DNA from: an uncultured Spirochaetota bacterium
GTDB taxonomy: Bacteria > Spirochaetota > Spirochaetia > SZUA-6 > Fen-1364
DNA: 64,000 nt
Reading direction: 5' to 3'
Assembly: GCA_963820525.1 (NCBI GenBank)
Contig: CAWGAA010000001.1
Coordinates: forward strand, 128,001-192,000
In this document: in pieces, positions 19,290-26,847 of the stretch
Layout of the letters: each line of letters begins with the position of its first letter
How positions within the stretch are numbered: the first letter of the stretch is position 1
Notes under the pieces: model-generated
The model's input: the letters and a program-made list of their open reading frames with translations, nothing else
What the model was told of the DNA's origin: nothing
Database searches by the model: none
Program-made: the position numbers and the translations under genes

Positions 19290-19385
19290 ATGGCCAAGGT
19301 GAGCTGGAACAAGACCTGGAGCTTGAAGATGAGAAAGCGGAACAAGAAAAGGAAGGGAAAGAACAGAAGCTCCAAGAAGAAATGA
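19290..19385 (+). CDS. 31-aa Lys/Arg-rich protein, candidate bS22-like ribosomal protein
   Basis: AGGAGG RBS; MAKVSWNKTWSLKMRKRNKKRKGKNRSSKKK; stop overlaps the next ATG (ATGA). Confidence 0.65.
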   Translation: MAKVSWNKTWSLKMRKRNKKRKGKNRSSKKK

Positions 19386-20602
19386 GCCTCGAAACCGCGC
19401 GATACCGGCTTTCGTCCCTCGGTGTCCTCGCAATCCTCTCCTTACTCTCGGCATCCTCGCCTCTGTTTGCGGAAGAGCTTTCCGGGGTCGTTCTTCCGCC
19501 CGGCGGCAAGCTGTCACTCATCGAAAAGTCCGACCTTCGCCGCTACGAGGGCGGGAAGTTCGTCGGCCTCGAGTACCGGGAGGTGAGAGGCGTCCTCGAT
19601 TGGCGGCAGAGCGAAGACGGCAGTCTGGTTCAGGGCACGTTCTACGTGCTCGAGCAGCTCAGCCACGATGGCGCCCATACCGCGCGGAAGATCGACGAAG
19701 CTGTTCCCGCCGCCTTCATAATCCGCCCCGACGGCACCTATATCGTGGAGGGAAAAGGGGCATATCCAACCCTTCGCGGTTTCCCGGTGCTTCCGGCAAA
19801 GGACCTCGCAACCGGAGATACCTGGAAAGCCCCCGGGACCAGGCTTGTCGACCCCTTCAATGAAGGAAAGTTCACGAGGATCGGGATTTATTCAGCCTAC
19901 CGCTATGAGGGCGAAAAGGACATCGGCGGAGCGCCTTCACGCATCATAAGCGCGAAATATGCGCTTCGCTACAAGAAGGGCGACGACGCCGACGGAGATG
20001 AACACCTGGCCAGCGTGTCAGGAAGCCACACGGTTTCCATTCAGCTCGCCGGCGCTTCGGGCGCCCTTTCCTTCATGCGCGACAGGGTCGAGGAAACGTA
20101 CCAGCTCGATGACGGGCGTTCCCTGACGTACAAGGGATTCATCCTGACCTGGTTCAACGCCGCCGCGCCGCTGGACCGAGACAAGATTGCGGGAAGGATC
20201 GCCCAGACGCTCAAGGATTCCGGGGCCCAGGACGTGGAGGTCAGGCAGAAGAAAGAGGGCGTGAGCGTATCCCTGAACAAGATCCATTTCATCGCGGAGC
20301 AAGCCTCGGTTCTCCCCGAAGAGCTGCCCCGGCTTCAAGCTGTCGCGGACGCCCTCAAGCAGATTCCCGGCCGTACCTTCCGCGTGGTCGGTCACACCGC
20401 CAGGGTCGGTACGGAAAAGAGCCAGCAAGAGCTTTCCGTGCGCAGGGCAAAGGCAATCGTTGATTACCTGGTTTCAGAGGGGATACCGGCGGATCGTTTC
20501 CTCTACGAGGGGAGGGGAGGTACCGAGCCCGTGGCCCCCAACGACACGGAAGAGAACATGGCCAAGAACAGGCGGGTTGAAATCGTCATCCTCGAAGACT
20601 AG
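19382..20602 (+). CDS. OmpA-family peptidoglycan-binding protein (Treponema TpN50-like)
   Basis: Signal peptide; C-terminal OmpA domain (VVGHTA, LSVRRAKAIVDYL, NRRVEI). Confidence 0.88.
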   Translation: MSLETARYRLSSLGVLAILSLLSASSPLFAEELSGVVLPPGGKLSLIEKSDLRRYEGGKFVGLEYREVRGVLDWRQSEDGSLVQGTFYVLEQLSHDGAHTARKIDEAVPAAFIIRPDGTYIVEGKGAYPTLRGFPVLPAKDLATGDTWKAPGTRLVDPFNEGKFTRIGIYSAYRYEGEKDIGGAPSRIISAKYALRYKKGDDADGDEHLASVSGSHTVSIQLAGASGALSFMRDRVEETYQLDDGRSLTYKGFILTWFNAAAPLDRDKIAGRIAQTLKDSGAQDVEVRQKKEGVSVSLNKIHFIAEQASVLPEELPRLQAVADALKQIPGRTFRVVGHTARVGTEKSQQELSVRRAKAIVDYLVSEGIPADRFLYEGRGGTEPVAPNDTEENMAKNRRVEIVILED

Positions 20603-20659
20603 GCAGGCGCTTCACCCATGCCCCTCCCCGAGGTTTCCAAGCCTTCCCGCTGAGCCTTT

Positions 20660-22204
20660 TTAATTGCGCTGGGGCAGCGCATAGACGGTCAGGGCCCCCG
20701 TCTCATCCGTGAGTGAGAGCCTGGCGTCTGCCACGATCGGGCTTTCCCAGTGGATACGCCCGATGTCCTTGCTCTCCCAGAGGGTCGAGCCGTCCGTCGG
20801 CTTCAGGGCGCTCAGGTGGAAGCTTCCGGCATAGAAGAGCACTCCTCCGGCGACGATCGGGGACGTCCCTCCTTCGCGGCTTTTCCACCTCGGCTCGAGC
20901 CTCGGCCTGCCCGGTTTTCCCGCCATCAGCCTTATGCCGGAGATGCCATTCCCATTGGAGACGAAGATCCAGACACCGCCGTCCGTGGGATTGACCCACA
21001 CCGCGGGGGCCGTCAGGACTTCCCCTCCCTGGGGAACGGGAATGATTTCGAGCTCTCCCCCAAGGTTGCCCGGTCCGCCTCTCGCGCTCAGGTTCGCGAG
21101 GTCGATAAGACGCAGCTTCCCGTCCTTCCCTGCCTGGACGGCGAGGTGGCGCATGCCGGTCAGTGCCGACACGGGGATGATCGCGGGGGCCGTGCTCCCA
21201 AGGTCGGCGTCGGTGTCGTCAAGGAGCTGATACTCGGGGGGAGTGTAGCTGTCGAGAGGCCCCCCTGGGGCTCCGGACCCGTCGGGGTGCAGGGAAAGGA
21301 CGCTGTCGCCCCAATTATGGCGGGAGGGATCGAAGCTGCCGTTGCCCGTGGCGAAGAAGATCCTGTCCAGAGCGGAATCATAGACGACACCGGCCCGCGC
21401 CCACACGGCGGTCTGAACTGCAGGGCAATCGGGGGTTGCGGGGCGCTGCTTGAAGTGGGTTTGAATATCGCTGCAGTCGGCATTGAAGACCCTCTGCTCG
21501 CCGTCGGAAAGGCGGATGATGGTGAGGTGTCCCTGATAATCCCCGCGGTCTCCGGGATATCCGGCATGAGCCATGTACAGGTATGAAACACCTGCTCGAT
21601 CCGTGGCGATGCAGAGGTTGGACGACCCTTTCTCATTGAAGGGTTTCAGGGTTGTGAGGGCGGGCCAGTTTTCTCCCGTGATCTCGCTGCCGTTTGCAAT
21701 CGAGTACTTGTGCACGTATCCGTCCAGGCCATAGCTGTAGACGAAACGCTTCTGCGGGTCTACGGCGGGTGAGGCGGTTGTGTAGCAGGGAAGGAAGCCA
21801 TTGTTCACCCGGCAGCCGTTTGCCGCGTACTGCTTCACCCATACCAGCGCGCCTGAGGCGGCGTTTACCGCGACGATGTGGCCCGCGCGGGTGGTCAGGA
21901 AGAGCATGTCCCTGGGGCCGCCCAACATTTCCACACCGCTTGCATATGCGGGCGCCCCATCGGCCACGTCCGGGAGCTTCACCTTGAAAAGCACGGTCAG
22001 GCGGCCGACGTTCGCCGTGGTGATGGCCCTTTCGGCTGGGTTGGAGCCGCTGTGTCCAGCGTCCCCATTGAACTGCAGCCAGTCGTCGGCAGAAGAGCGC
22101 GGGGCGGCGGCCGGGAGGAGGCTGAGGACCGAAATCAGAAAAAGAACCTGTGAGACGGGTGACCGGGCCTTACGGCATCCCCTGGGAGTTTTCATTTCTT
22201 CCAT
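20660..22204 (-). CDS. Secreted PQQ-binding-like beta-propeller protein
   Basis: Signal peptide; WLQFNGDAGHSG; repeated A.N..G..W blades; ATGNG, DADLGS, GKDG motifs. Start could be 22195. Confidence 0.78.
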   Translation of the reverse strand: MEEMKTPRGCRKARSPVSQVLFLISVLSLLPAAAPRSSADDWLQFNGDAGHSGSNPAERAITTANVGRLTVLFKVKLPDVADGAPAYASGVEMLGGPRDMLFLTTRAGHIVAVNAASGALVWVKQYAANGCRVNNGFLPCYTTASPAVDPQKRFVYSYGLDGYVHKYSIANGSEITGENWPALTTLKPFNEKGSSNLCIATDRAGVSYLYMAHAGYPGDRGDYQGHLTIIRLSDGEQRVFNADCSDIQTHFKQRPATPDCPAVQTAVWARAGVVYDSALDRIFFATGNGSFDPSRHNWGDSVLSLHPDGSGAPGGPLDSYTPPEYQLLDDTDADLGSTAPAIIPVSALTGMRHLAVQAGKDGKLRLIDLANLSARGGPGNLGGELEIIPVPQGGEVLTAPAVWVNPTDGGVWIFVSNGNGISGIRLMAGKPGRPRLEPRWKSREGGTSPIVAGGVLFYAGSFHLSALKPTDGSTLWESKDIGRIHWESPIVADARLSLTDETGALTVYALPQRN

Positions 22205-22296
22205 CCTCAATTATACCCTGGCGGGGCAGGGCCGGTCAAAGATCCGTGGCGCTCCGCAGGTCCTGTAGCCGCGGCCGCGATTTTTCTTTATAGTGA

Positions 22297-22677
22297 TTGC
22301 GGTTGCGCGGTGTGAGATTTCGCGTTCTCGACTTGGCTTCTATCCTTCTTTCGATCCTGGTGATCGCGGCTTTCTCCGCAGTCGCCTACGGCGGCAATGG
22401 AAAAGGCTCGGATGTGATCATCGAGGCGTCGGGAAAGCAGTGGATCTATCCCCTGGACCAGAATCGCGTCATCCCGGTGGCAGGACCCCTGGGCACCACG
22501 CTCGTCGTGATCAGGGACGGGAAATCCTTTGTGCAGGACTCGCCCTGCCCGGACAAGCTGTGCGTGCTCGCGGGATCGGTCTCGAAGCCCGGTCAGTGGA
22601 TTGCATGCCTTCCCAACAAGGTGATGGTGCGCATCGGGGGAAAGAGTGCCGAAAGAATCGACGACGTTTCTTTCTAA
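22297..22677 (+). CDS. NusG domain II-containing protein (EetA/Lin0431-like)
   Basis: N-terminal TM helix; GPLG, SPCPDKLCV and IACLPNKV signature. Confidence 0.88.
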   Translation: MRLRGVRFRVLDLASILLSILVIAAFSAVAYGGNGKGSDVIIEASGKQWIYPLDQNRVIPVAGPLGTTLVVIRDGKSFVQDSPCPDKLCVLAGSVSKPGQWIACLPNKVMVRIGGKSAERIDDVSF

Positions 22678-23182
22678 ACGCCTCGATCTGGTCGCCTTCC
22701 TCGGCGGACTGTGCCTCTTTTTCTCGACTGTCGAATACCTCATCCCCAAGCCCATCCCTTTTCTTCGCGTCGGTATCGCGAACCTTCCCATCCTCATCGG
22801 CCTGGAGATTCTCTCGCCGGGGGAGCTTTTCCTGCTCATTGTCTTGAAGGTGATCGGCCAGGGGCTCGTCGGCGGGACCCTCGTTTCGTACGTCTTTCTC
22901 TTTTCAGCCGTCGGCTCATTTGCAAGCGGCGCCTCGATGCTCGCCCTTTACCGCCTGGCAGGCAGGCGGGTGTCCTACCTCGGGGTGAGCGTCTTCGGCG
23001 CACTGGTGAGCAATACAGCCCAGATCGCGCTCGCGCGGCTGCTCATTTTCGGTCCCGGGGCATGGCTTATCGCTCCGCCGTTCATCGCCCTGGGCGCCGT
23101 CACTTCCGCCCTGCTGGGGCTTTTCACGGATCGATTTTCCGCCATGTCGAAGTGGATGGCTTTCGCGAGGGGCCTGAAATGA
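22646..23182 (+). CDS. Gx transporter family / heptaprenyl diphosphate synthase component I-like membrane protein (EetB-like)
   Basis: EYLIPKPIPFLRVGIANL, GVSVFGALVSNTAQ; multiple TM helices. Confidence 0.88.
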   Translation: MPKESTTFLSKRLDLVAFLGGLCLFFSTVEYLIPKPIPFLRVGIANLPILIGLEILSPGELFLLIVLKVIGQGLVGGTLVSYVFLFSAVGSFASGASMLALYRLAGRRVSYLGVSVFGALVSNTAQIALARLLIFGPGAWLIAPPFIALGAVTSALLGLFTDRFSAMSKWMAFARGLK

Positions 23183-23838
23183 CGCCACGGGCGGGGCCGC
23201 TGGCTGGTTTCATTGCGAACAATCTGGGCCCCCGCACCCTCTTCCTTGCCGGCGCGCTCCTCTTTCCCGCCTTCCTGTTTCAAAACGACCTGGGTCTCCG
23301 CTCCCTGGAGATTCTGCTCTTCTTCCTCCTCAACGCCCTTTCGGGGAGAAGGGTCAGATGGGTGCAGACGCTGGTGGTCGGCTCGGGAATCGTGGCCTTC
23401 AATCTCGTGATCCCCACGGGCCGGGTTCTCGTGTCCATCATGGGCGTTCCCCTGACAGAGGAAGCCCTCCGCTCGGGCCTTGCCAAGGCGACAGCCGTCA
23501 TAGGCATGATCGCCCTCTCTCAGCTCTCGATCAGTCCGGACCTGAGCTTTCCCGGCCGCCTCGGAGGCCTCATCGGCCGGACCCTCTTTTATTTCGAGCG
23601 GATCATTGCGGAGCGAAAGCGCCTGCGGCGCGGGCGGATACTCGAGCAGATCGACGGGCTCCTGCTGGAGATCCACGCAATGTGCCGCACGGATGCTGTC
23701 GGCGAGGGGAACGAGCGGAGATCCACCGGCCGGCGGACAACCCTCGCGGGGTACGCCTTTCTCGGGATGCTGGTAGCCGTGACCTGGGGCCTGTTGGTGC
23801 TTGCCATTGTCAGCCCCGGCATCATCTGGGCGCGTTGA
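23179..23838 (+). CDS. Membrane protein, possibly EcfT/FmnA-like
   Basis: ATGA-coupled to the upstream gene; several TMs; FNLVIPTGRVL...LTEEALRSG resembles ECF T-component loops. Confidence 0.55.
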   Translation: MTPRAGPLAGFIANNLGPRTLFLAGALLFPAFLFQNDLGLRSLEILLFFLLNALSGRRVRWVQTLVVGSGIVAFNLVIPTGRVLVSIMGVPLTEEALRSGLAKATAVIGMIALSQLSISPDLSFPGRLGGLIGRTLFYFERIIAERKRLRRGRILEQIDGLLLEIHAMCRTDAVGEGNERRSTGRRTTLAGYAFLGMLVAVTWGLLVLAIVSPGIIWAR

Positions 23839-23915
23839 AACGGAAGGCCGAAGCGGTTGGGGTGGCGCGGGGCGCTGCGGTCAAATCTGCGGCTCTCTTC
23901 GATCGGGATCTGCGC

Positions 23916-23945
23916 TTGACAGCGCTCGCGGCGAGAGATTACTGT
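23916..23945 (+). promoter_or_regulatory. Putative promoter of the FMN-binding protein gene
   Basis: TTGACA-N18-TACTGT upstream of an AAGGAG RBS. Confidence 0.45.
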
Positions 23946-23978
23946 ATCGCCGCTCGACTTCGACAAGGAGAGGCGGGA

Positions 23979-24722
23979 ATGCGCAAGATAACAATGGCCT
24001 TTGCGTGCCTTCTCATGGCGGCCGCCGCTTTCGCCGCGAGCAGCGCTTACAAGGACGGAAACTACAGCGGCACGTATGACGCGATGGATGGCCACGGCTG
24101 GAAGCCGCAGATGACGGTCGCCGTTCGGGGTGGAAGGATAAGCGCCGTCGCCTTCGACTCCGTCAACAAGGTGGGACAGCTCAAGACCAAGGACGCGGCC
24201 TATAGCAAGGCAATGAAGGGGCAAACGGGAACAAGCCCCGACCGTGCCTACCCAGAGCTCGCCAGGCGGCTGGTCGCGAAGCAGGAAGCCGGAGTGGACG
24301 CGGTAAGCGGAGCCACCGGCTCCAGCGACAATTTCAATGCCCTCGCGGCAGCGATACTTCAAAAGGCAAAGAAGGGGGATGCCTCACCGACCGTCCTGCC
24401 GATGAACGACGCCTACAAGGCCGAGGATAAAATCGACACGTTCGGCTACAAGGGAGTCATCTCCATCAGCTTCCAGGACGGGAAGATCGTGAAGGTTGTC
24501 TACGACGAGGTGGACAAGAACGGCAAGTCCAAGAAAACCAACGCGGACTATGCGAAAAACATGAAGGCCCAGTCAAAGGTGACCCCCGAGGAGGCCATGG
24601 ACAAGCTCGCCCAATCCCTGCTTGCCAAACAGGATCCGGCCGAGGTCGACGCGGTGAGCGGCGCCACCTCGATGTCGCATCGATTCGTCGCCCTGGTTGA
24701 GCTGGTCCTTGCGATGCGGTGA
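23979..24722 (+). CDS. Exported protein with two FMN-binding domains (PplA/Tp15-like)
   Basis: Signal peptide; two homologous domains, each with the DAVSGAT flavinylation motif. Confidence 0.9.
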   Translation: MRKITMAFACLLMAAAAFAASSAYKDGNYSGTYDAMDGHGWKPQMTVAVRGGRISAVAFDSVNKVGQLKTKDAAYSKAMKGQTGTSPDRAYPELARRLVAKQEAGVDAVSGATGSSDNFNALAAAILQKAKKGDASPTVLPMNDAYKAEDKIDTFGYKGVISISFQDGKIVKVVYDEVDKNGKSKKTNADYAKNMKAQSKVTPEEAMDKLAQSLLAKQDPAEVDAVSGATSMSHRFVALVELVLAMR

Positions 24723-24779
24723 TCCGGGACCCCGGCGCCTCCTCAGGCCGGCGTGAAGCCGCCGGCTTGGTGCAGGCTG

Positions 24780-25811
24780 TCACCATCCAGCCAGGGTGAA
24801 GCGGGAGCTTGTCAAGCGGAAGATGCCTTTGATGCCGGGAGTGACGTACACCTTGTGAGCGTCCGTCACGAATACCGCATTGACTGCCCCGCCCGACTTC
24901 TCCACGAGCTTGCGGCCTTTCTCCAGACCCAGAGTGAAGACAAGGGTGGAATAGCCATCCGCCACCATGGACGGCAAAGCGACAATGGAGACAGCGAGGA
25001 GGCCGTTTCGAACGGGGTATCCGCTCTTTGTGTCGAGGATGTGGTGATAGCGGATCCCTTCCTTGATGAAGTACCGCTCGTAGACTCCGGAAGTGACCAC
25101 GGACATCTGGGGTACCTCGATGATACCGAGATAGTTGCCCCGCGGCTCCTCGGGGTCCTGGATTCCGATCCGCCACACGCTGCCGTCCGGCTTCCTGCCG
25201 AGCGTCAGGATGTTGCCGCCGAGGTCGATGAGGGCATGGCGTACTCCGCGGGAGGCGAGCACCCTTGCCGCTTCGTCGGCCGCATATCCCTTGGCAATGG
25301 CTCCCAAGTCCATCGCCATTCCCTTCTTTTTGAGCTCCACCGTCTCCCGAGCGGGATCCAGCGAGACGGCACGGTAATCAATGAAGGCGAGAGCCTTTCG
25401 GATCTCGGATTCCGCCGGAATGTGCGCCCTTTCTGTTCCGATTCCCCACAGCTTCACGAGGGGTCCGACCGTTATATCGAAAGCCCCATCGCCGAGCCGG
25501 GATACCTCCAGGCCTTCCTTGATGACGGCGAAAGTGTCCGCGGACACTTTCGAGGGGCGGAGGCCCGCCGCCTCGTTCACCCGGATCACCTCGCTGTCCT
25601 TGCGGTCAACCGTCATGTTGTCCTCGATCTCGCCGATGCGCCGGAAAGCGGCGTCGAGGTCGGCTTCCGTTCCGCCGCCGTAGAGTGTGACCGTGCAGAC
25701 GGTTCCAAGGAGGTTGACCTCGGTGCGGGTGACATTCCCGCCATTCGCGCAGCCGCAGAGGACGGCAAGCGCGATGAGGCAGGCGGCGGAAACGAGAGAG
25801 CAATGACGCAT
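24780..25811 (-). CDS. apbE: FAD:protein FMN transferase ApbE, lipoprotein
   Basis: Lipobox LCGC; FDITVGPLVKLW, DLGAIAKGYAAD, VTSGVYERY, YHHILD, ADGYST. Confidence 0.95.
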   Translation of the reverse strand: MRHCSLVSAACLIALAVLCGCANGGNVTRTEVNLLGTVCTVTLYGGGTEADLDAAFRRIGEIEDNMTVDRKDSEVIRVNEAAGLRPSKVSADTFAVIKEGLEVSRLGDGAFDITVGPLVKLWGIGTERAHIPAESEIRKALAFIDYRAVSLDPARETVELKKKGMAMDLGAIAKGYAADEAARVLASRGVRHALIDLGGNILTLGRKPDGSVWRIGIQDPEEPRGNYLGIIEVPQMSVVTSGVYERYFIKEGIRYHHILDTKSGYPVRNGLLAVSIVALPSMVADGYSTLVFTLGLEKGRKLVEKSGGAVNAVFVTDAHKVYVTPGIKGIFRLTSSRFTLAGW

Positions 25812-25940
25812 GGGCCCGTTTATATCACGGCGCAGTCAGCCTTGGCAAAGGGTCCGACGGACCACCGAGAGCGCCGCCGTTCGCCTTCTTTCACGCGCAT
25901 CTCAGGATGTGTGTTCGGCGGGAATGTTTCGCGCAATCGC

Positions 25941-25970
25941 TTGACTTCCTGTGCTGCAGGAAGGTACTTT
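25941..25970 (+). promoter_or_regulatory. Putative promoter with a palindromic spacer
   Basis: TTGACT-N18-TACTTT containing CTTCCTG-N5-CAGGAAG. Confidence 0.45.
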
Positions 25971-26010
25971 TGCCAGTGTATAGGTCGAAATCAAAGATGG
26001 GGAGGTATCA

Positions 26011-26568
26011 ATGACGAAGAAAATCATTGCAGCAGTCCTCGTTCTCATGGTGTTCGCCGCCCTCGGAGCGTTCGCATTCGAACAGAAGAGCAAGACATTT
26101 CCCTGGATGGCGTCGTTCAATAAGAACAGCCAGATAAACCTGAGCGCGGCAGTCGGGTTCTACGGATACGGAATCGACATCACCGCCGGACCGGAGTATA
26201 TCATCACCAACTTCGACATCTCCGGGATTCCCCTGGAGTTCGGGGTCGCGGTTCGGGGAATGGCGGGATTCGCAAGCTTCCTCGGAGTCAGCTGGGTAGA
26301 CTGGGGAGTCGCGCCCCTGGCCACGCTTCACTGGGGCGTGGATTTCGGCGCGCCCTGGAAATTCGACTGGTACATCGGGCTCGGTCTCGGGATCGCGGGC
26401 GCGAGCGGGGGCTACGCGGGGTATTCCTTCGGAACAGGGATCGGATTCGGGTTTGCCTCCTTCGACGGGGTGGCGTGGCACTTCTCGGACAACCTCGCCA
26501 TCATATCGGAGTACGGATTTACCGGATTCAACTCCGTATGGGGAATCGGAGTGCAGCTGAGCCTCTAG
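26011..26568 (+). CDS. Small outer-membrane beta-barrel protein (probably about 8 strands)
   Basis: GGAGGT RBS; signal peptide; Gly/aromatic alternating strands; terminal strand WGIGVQLSL. Confidence 0.7.
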   Translation: MTKKIIAAVLVLMVFAALGAFAFEQKSKTFPWMASFNKNSQINLSAAVGFYGYGIDITAGPEYIITNFDISGIPLEFGVAVRGMAGFASFLGVSWVDWGVAPLATLHWGVDFGAPWKFDWYIGLGLGIAGASGGYAGYSFGTGIGFGFASFDGVAWHFSDNLAIISEYGFTGFNSVWGIGVQLSL

Positions 26569-26587
26569 CATCGTCTTTTGCCATGAG

Positions 26588-26615
26588 AGCCCCGGCGCAA
26601 CCGGGGCTTTTTTTT
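26588..26615 (+). terminator. Intrinsic terminator
   Basis: AGCCCCGG-CGCAA-CCGGGGCT followed by a T run. Confidence 0.9.
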
Positions 26616-26674
26616 CGGGCGATCGCGGCGCTTGGTTGATCCGCCGGAGCAAAGTCTGTATCCTTGAAGACCGT

Positions 26675-26830
26675 ATGAGTCCATTGTTTTTCAAGATTGT
26701 GATCGTCGGGGTTCCCTTTGGTTTTTCCCTCATGTGGTTTGTCTACTGGGTAGTGAAGATCTACAAGGAAAAGAGGCGGCTGGAGGCGAGAAAAGCGGGG
26801 AAGAAGGCCCGCACCGCCTCGCGCCGATAG
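26675..26830 (+). CDS. Small single-TM protein (51 aa)
   Basis: MSPLFFKIVIVGVPFGFSLMWFVYWVVKI followed by a basic tail; fills the gap before the ECF operon. Confidence 0.55.
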   Translation: MSPLFFKIVIVGVPFGFSLMWFVYWVVKIYKEKRRLEARKAGKKARTASRR

Positions 26831-26847
26831 TTTCGCCAGCTCGACCC

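Noticed and set aside
19178..19381. Acidic N-terminal extension of the OmpA-family protein
   Set aside because: The signal peptide begins at ATG 19382; the region is better explained by the RBS-led 31-aa ORF.
11786..22250. Intact prophage or ICE at tRNA-Val
   Set aside because: No integrase, phage or conjugation genes, and no attR copy seen.
23840..23978. FMN riboswitch before the FMN-binding gene
   Set aside because: No RFN consensus elements seen; the candidate promoter leaves only a short leader.
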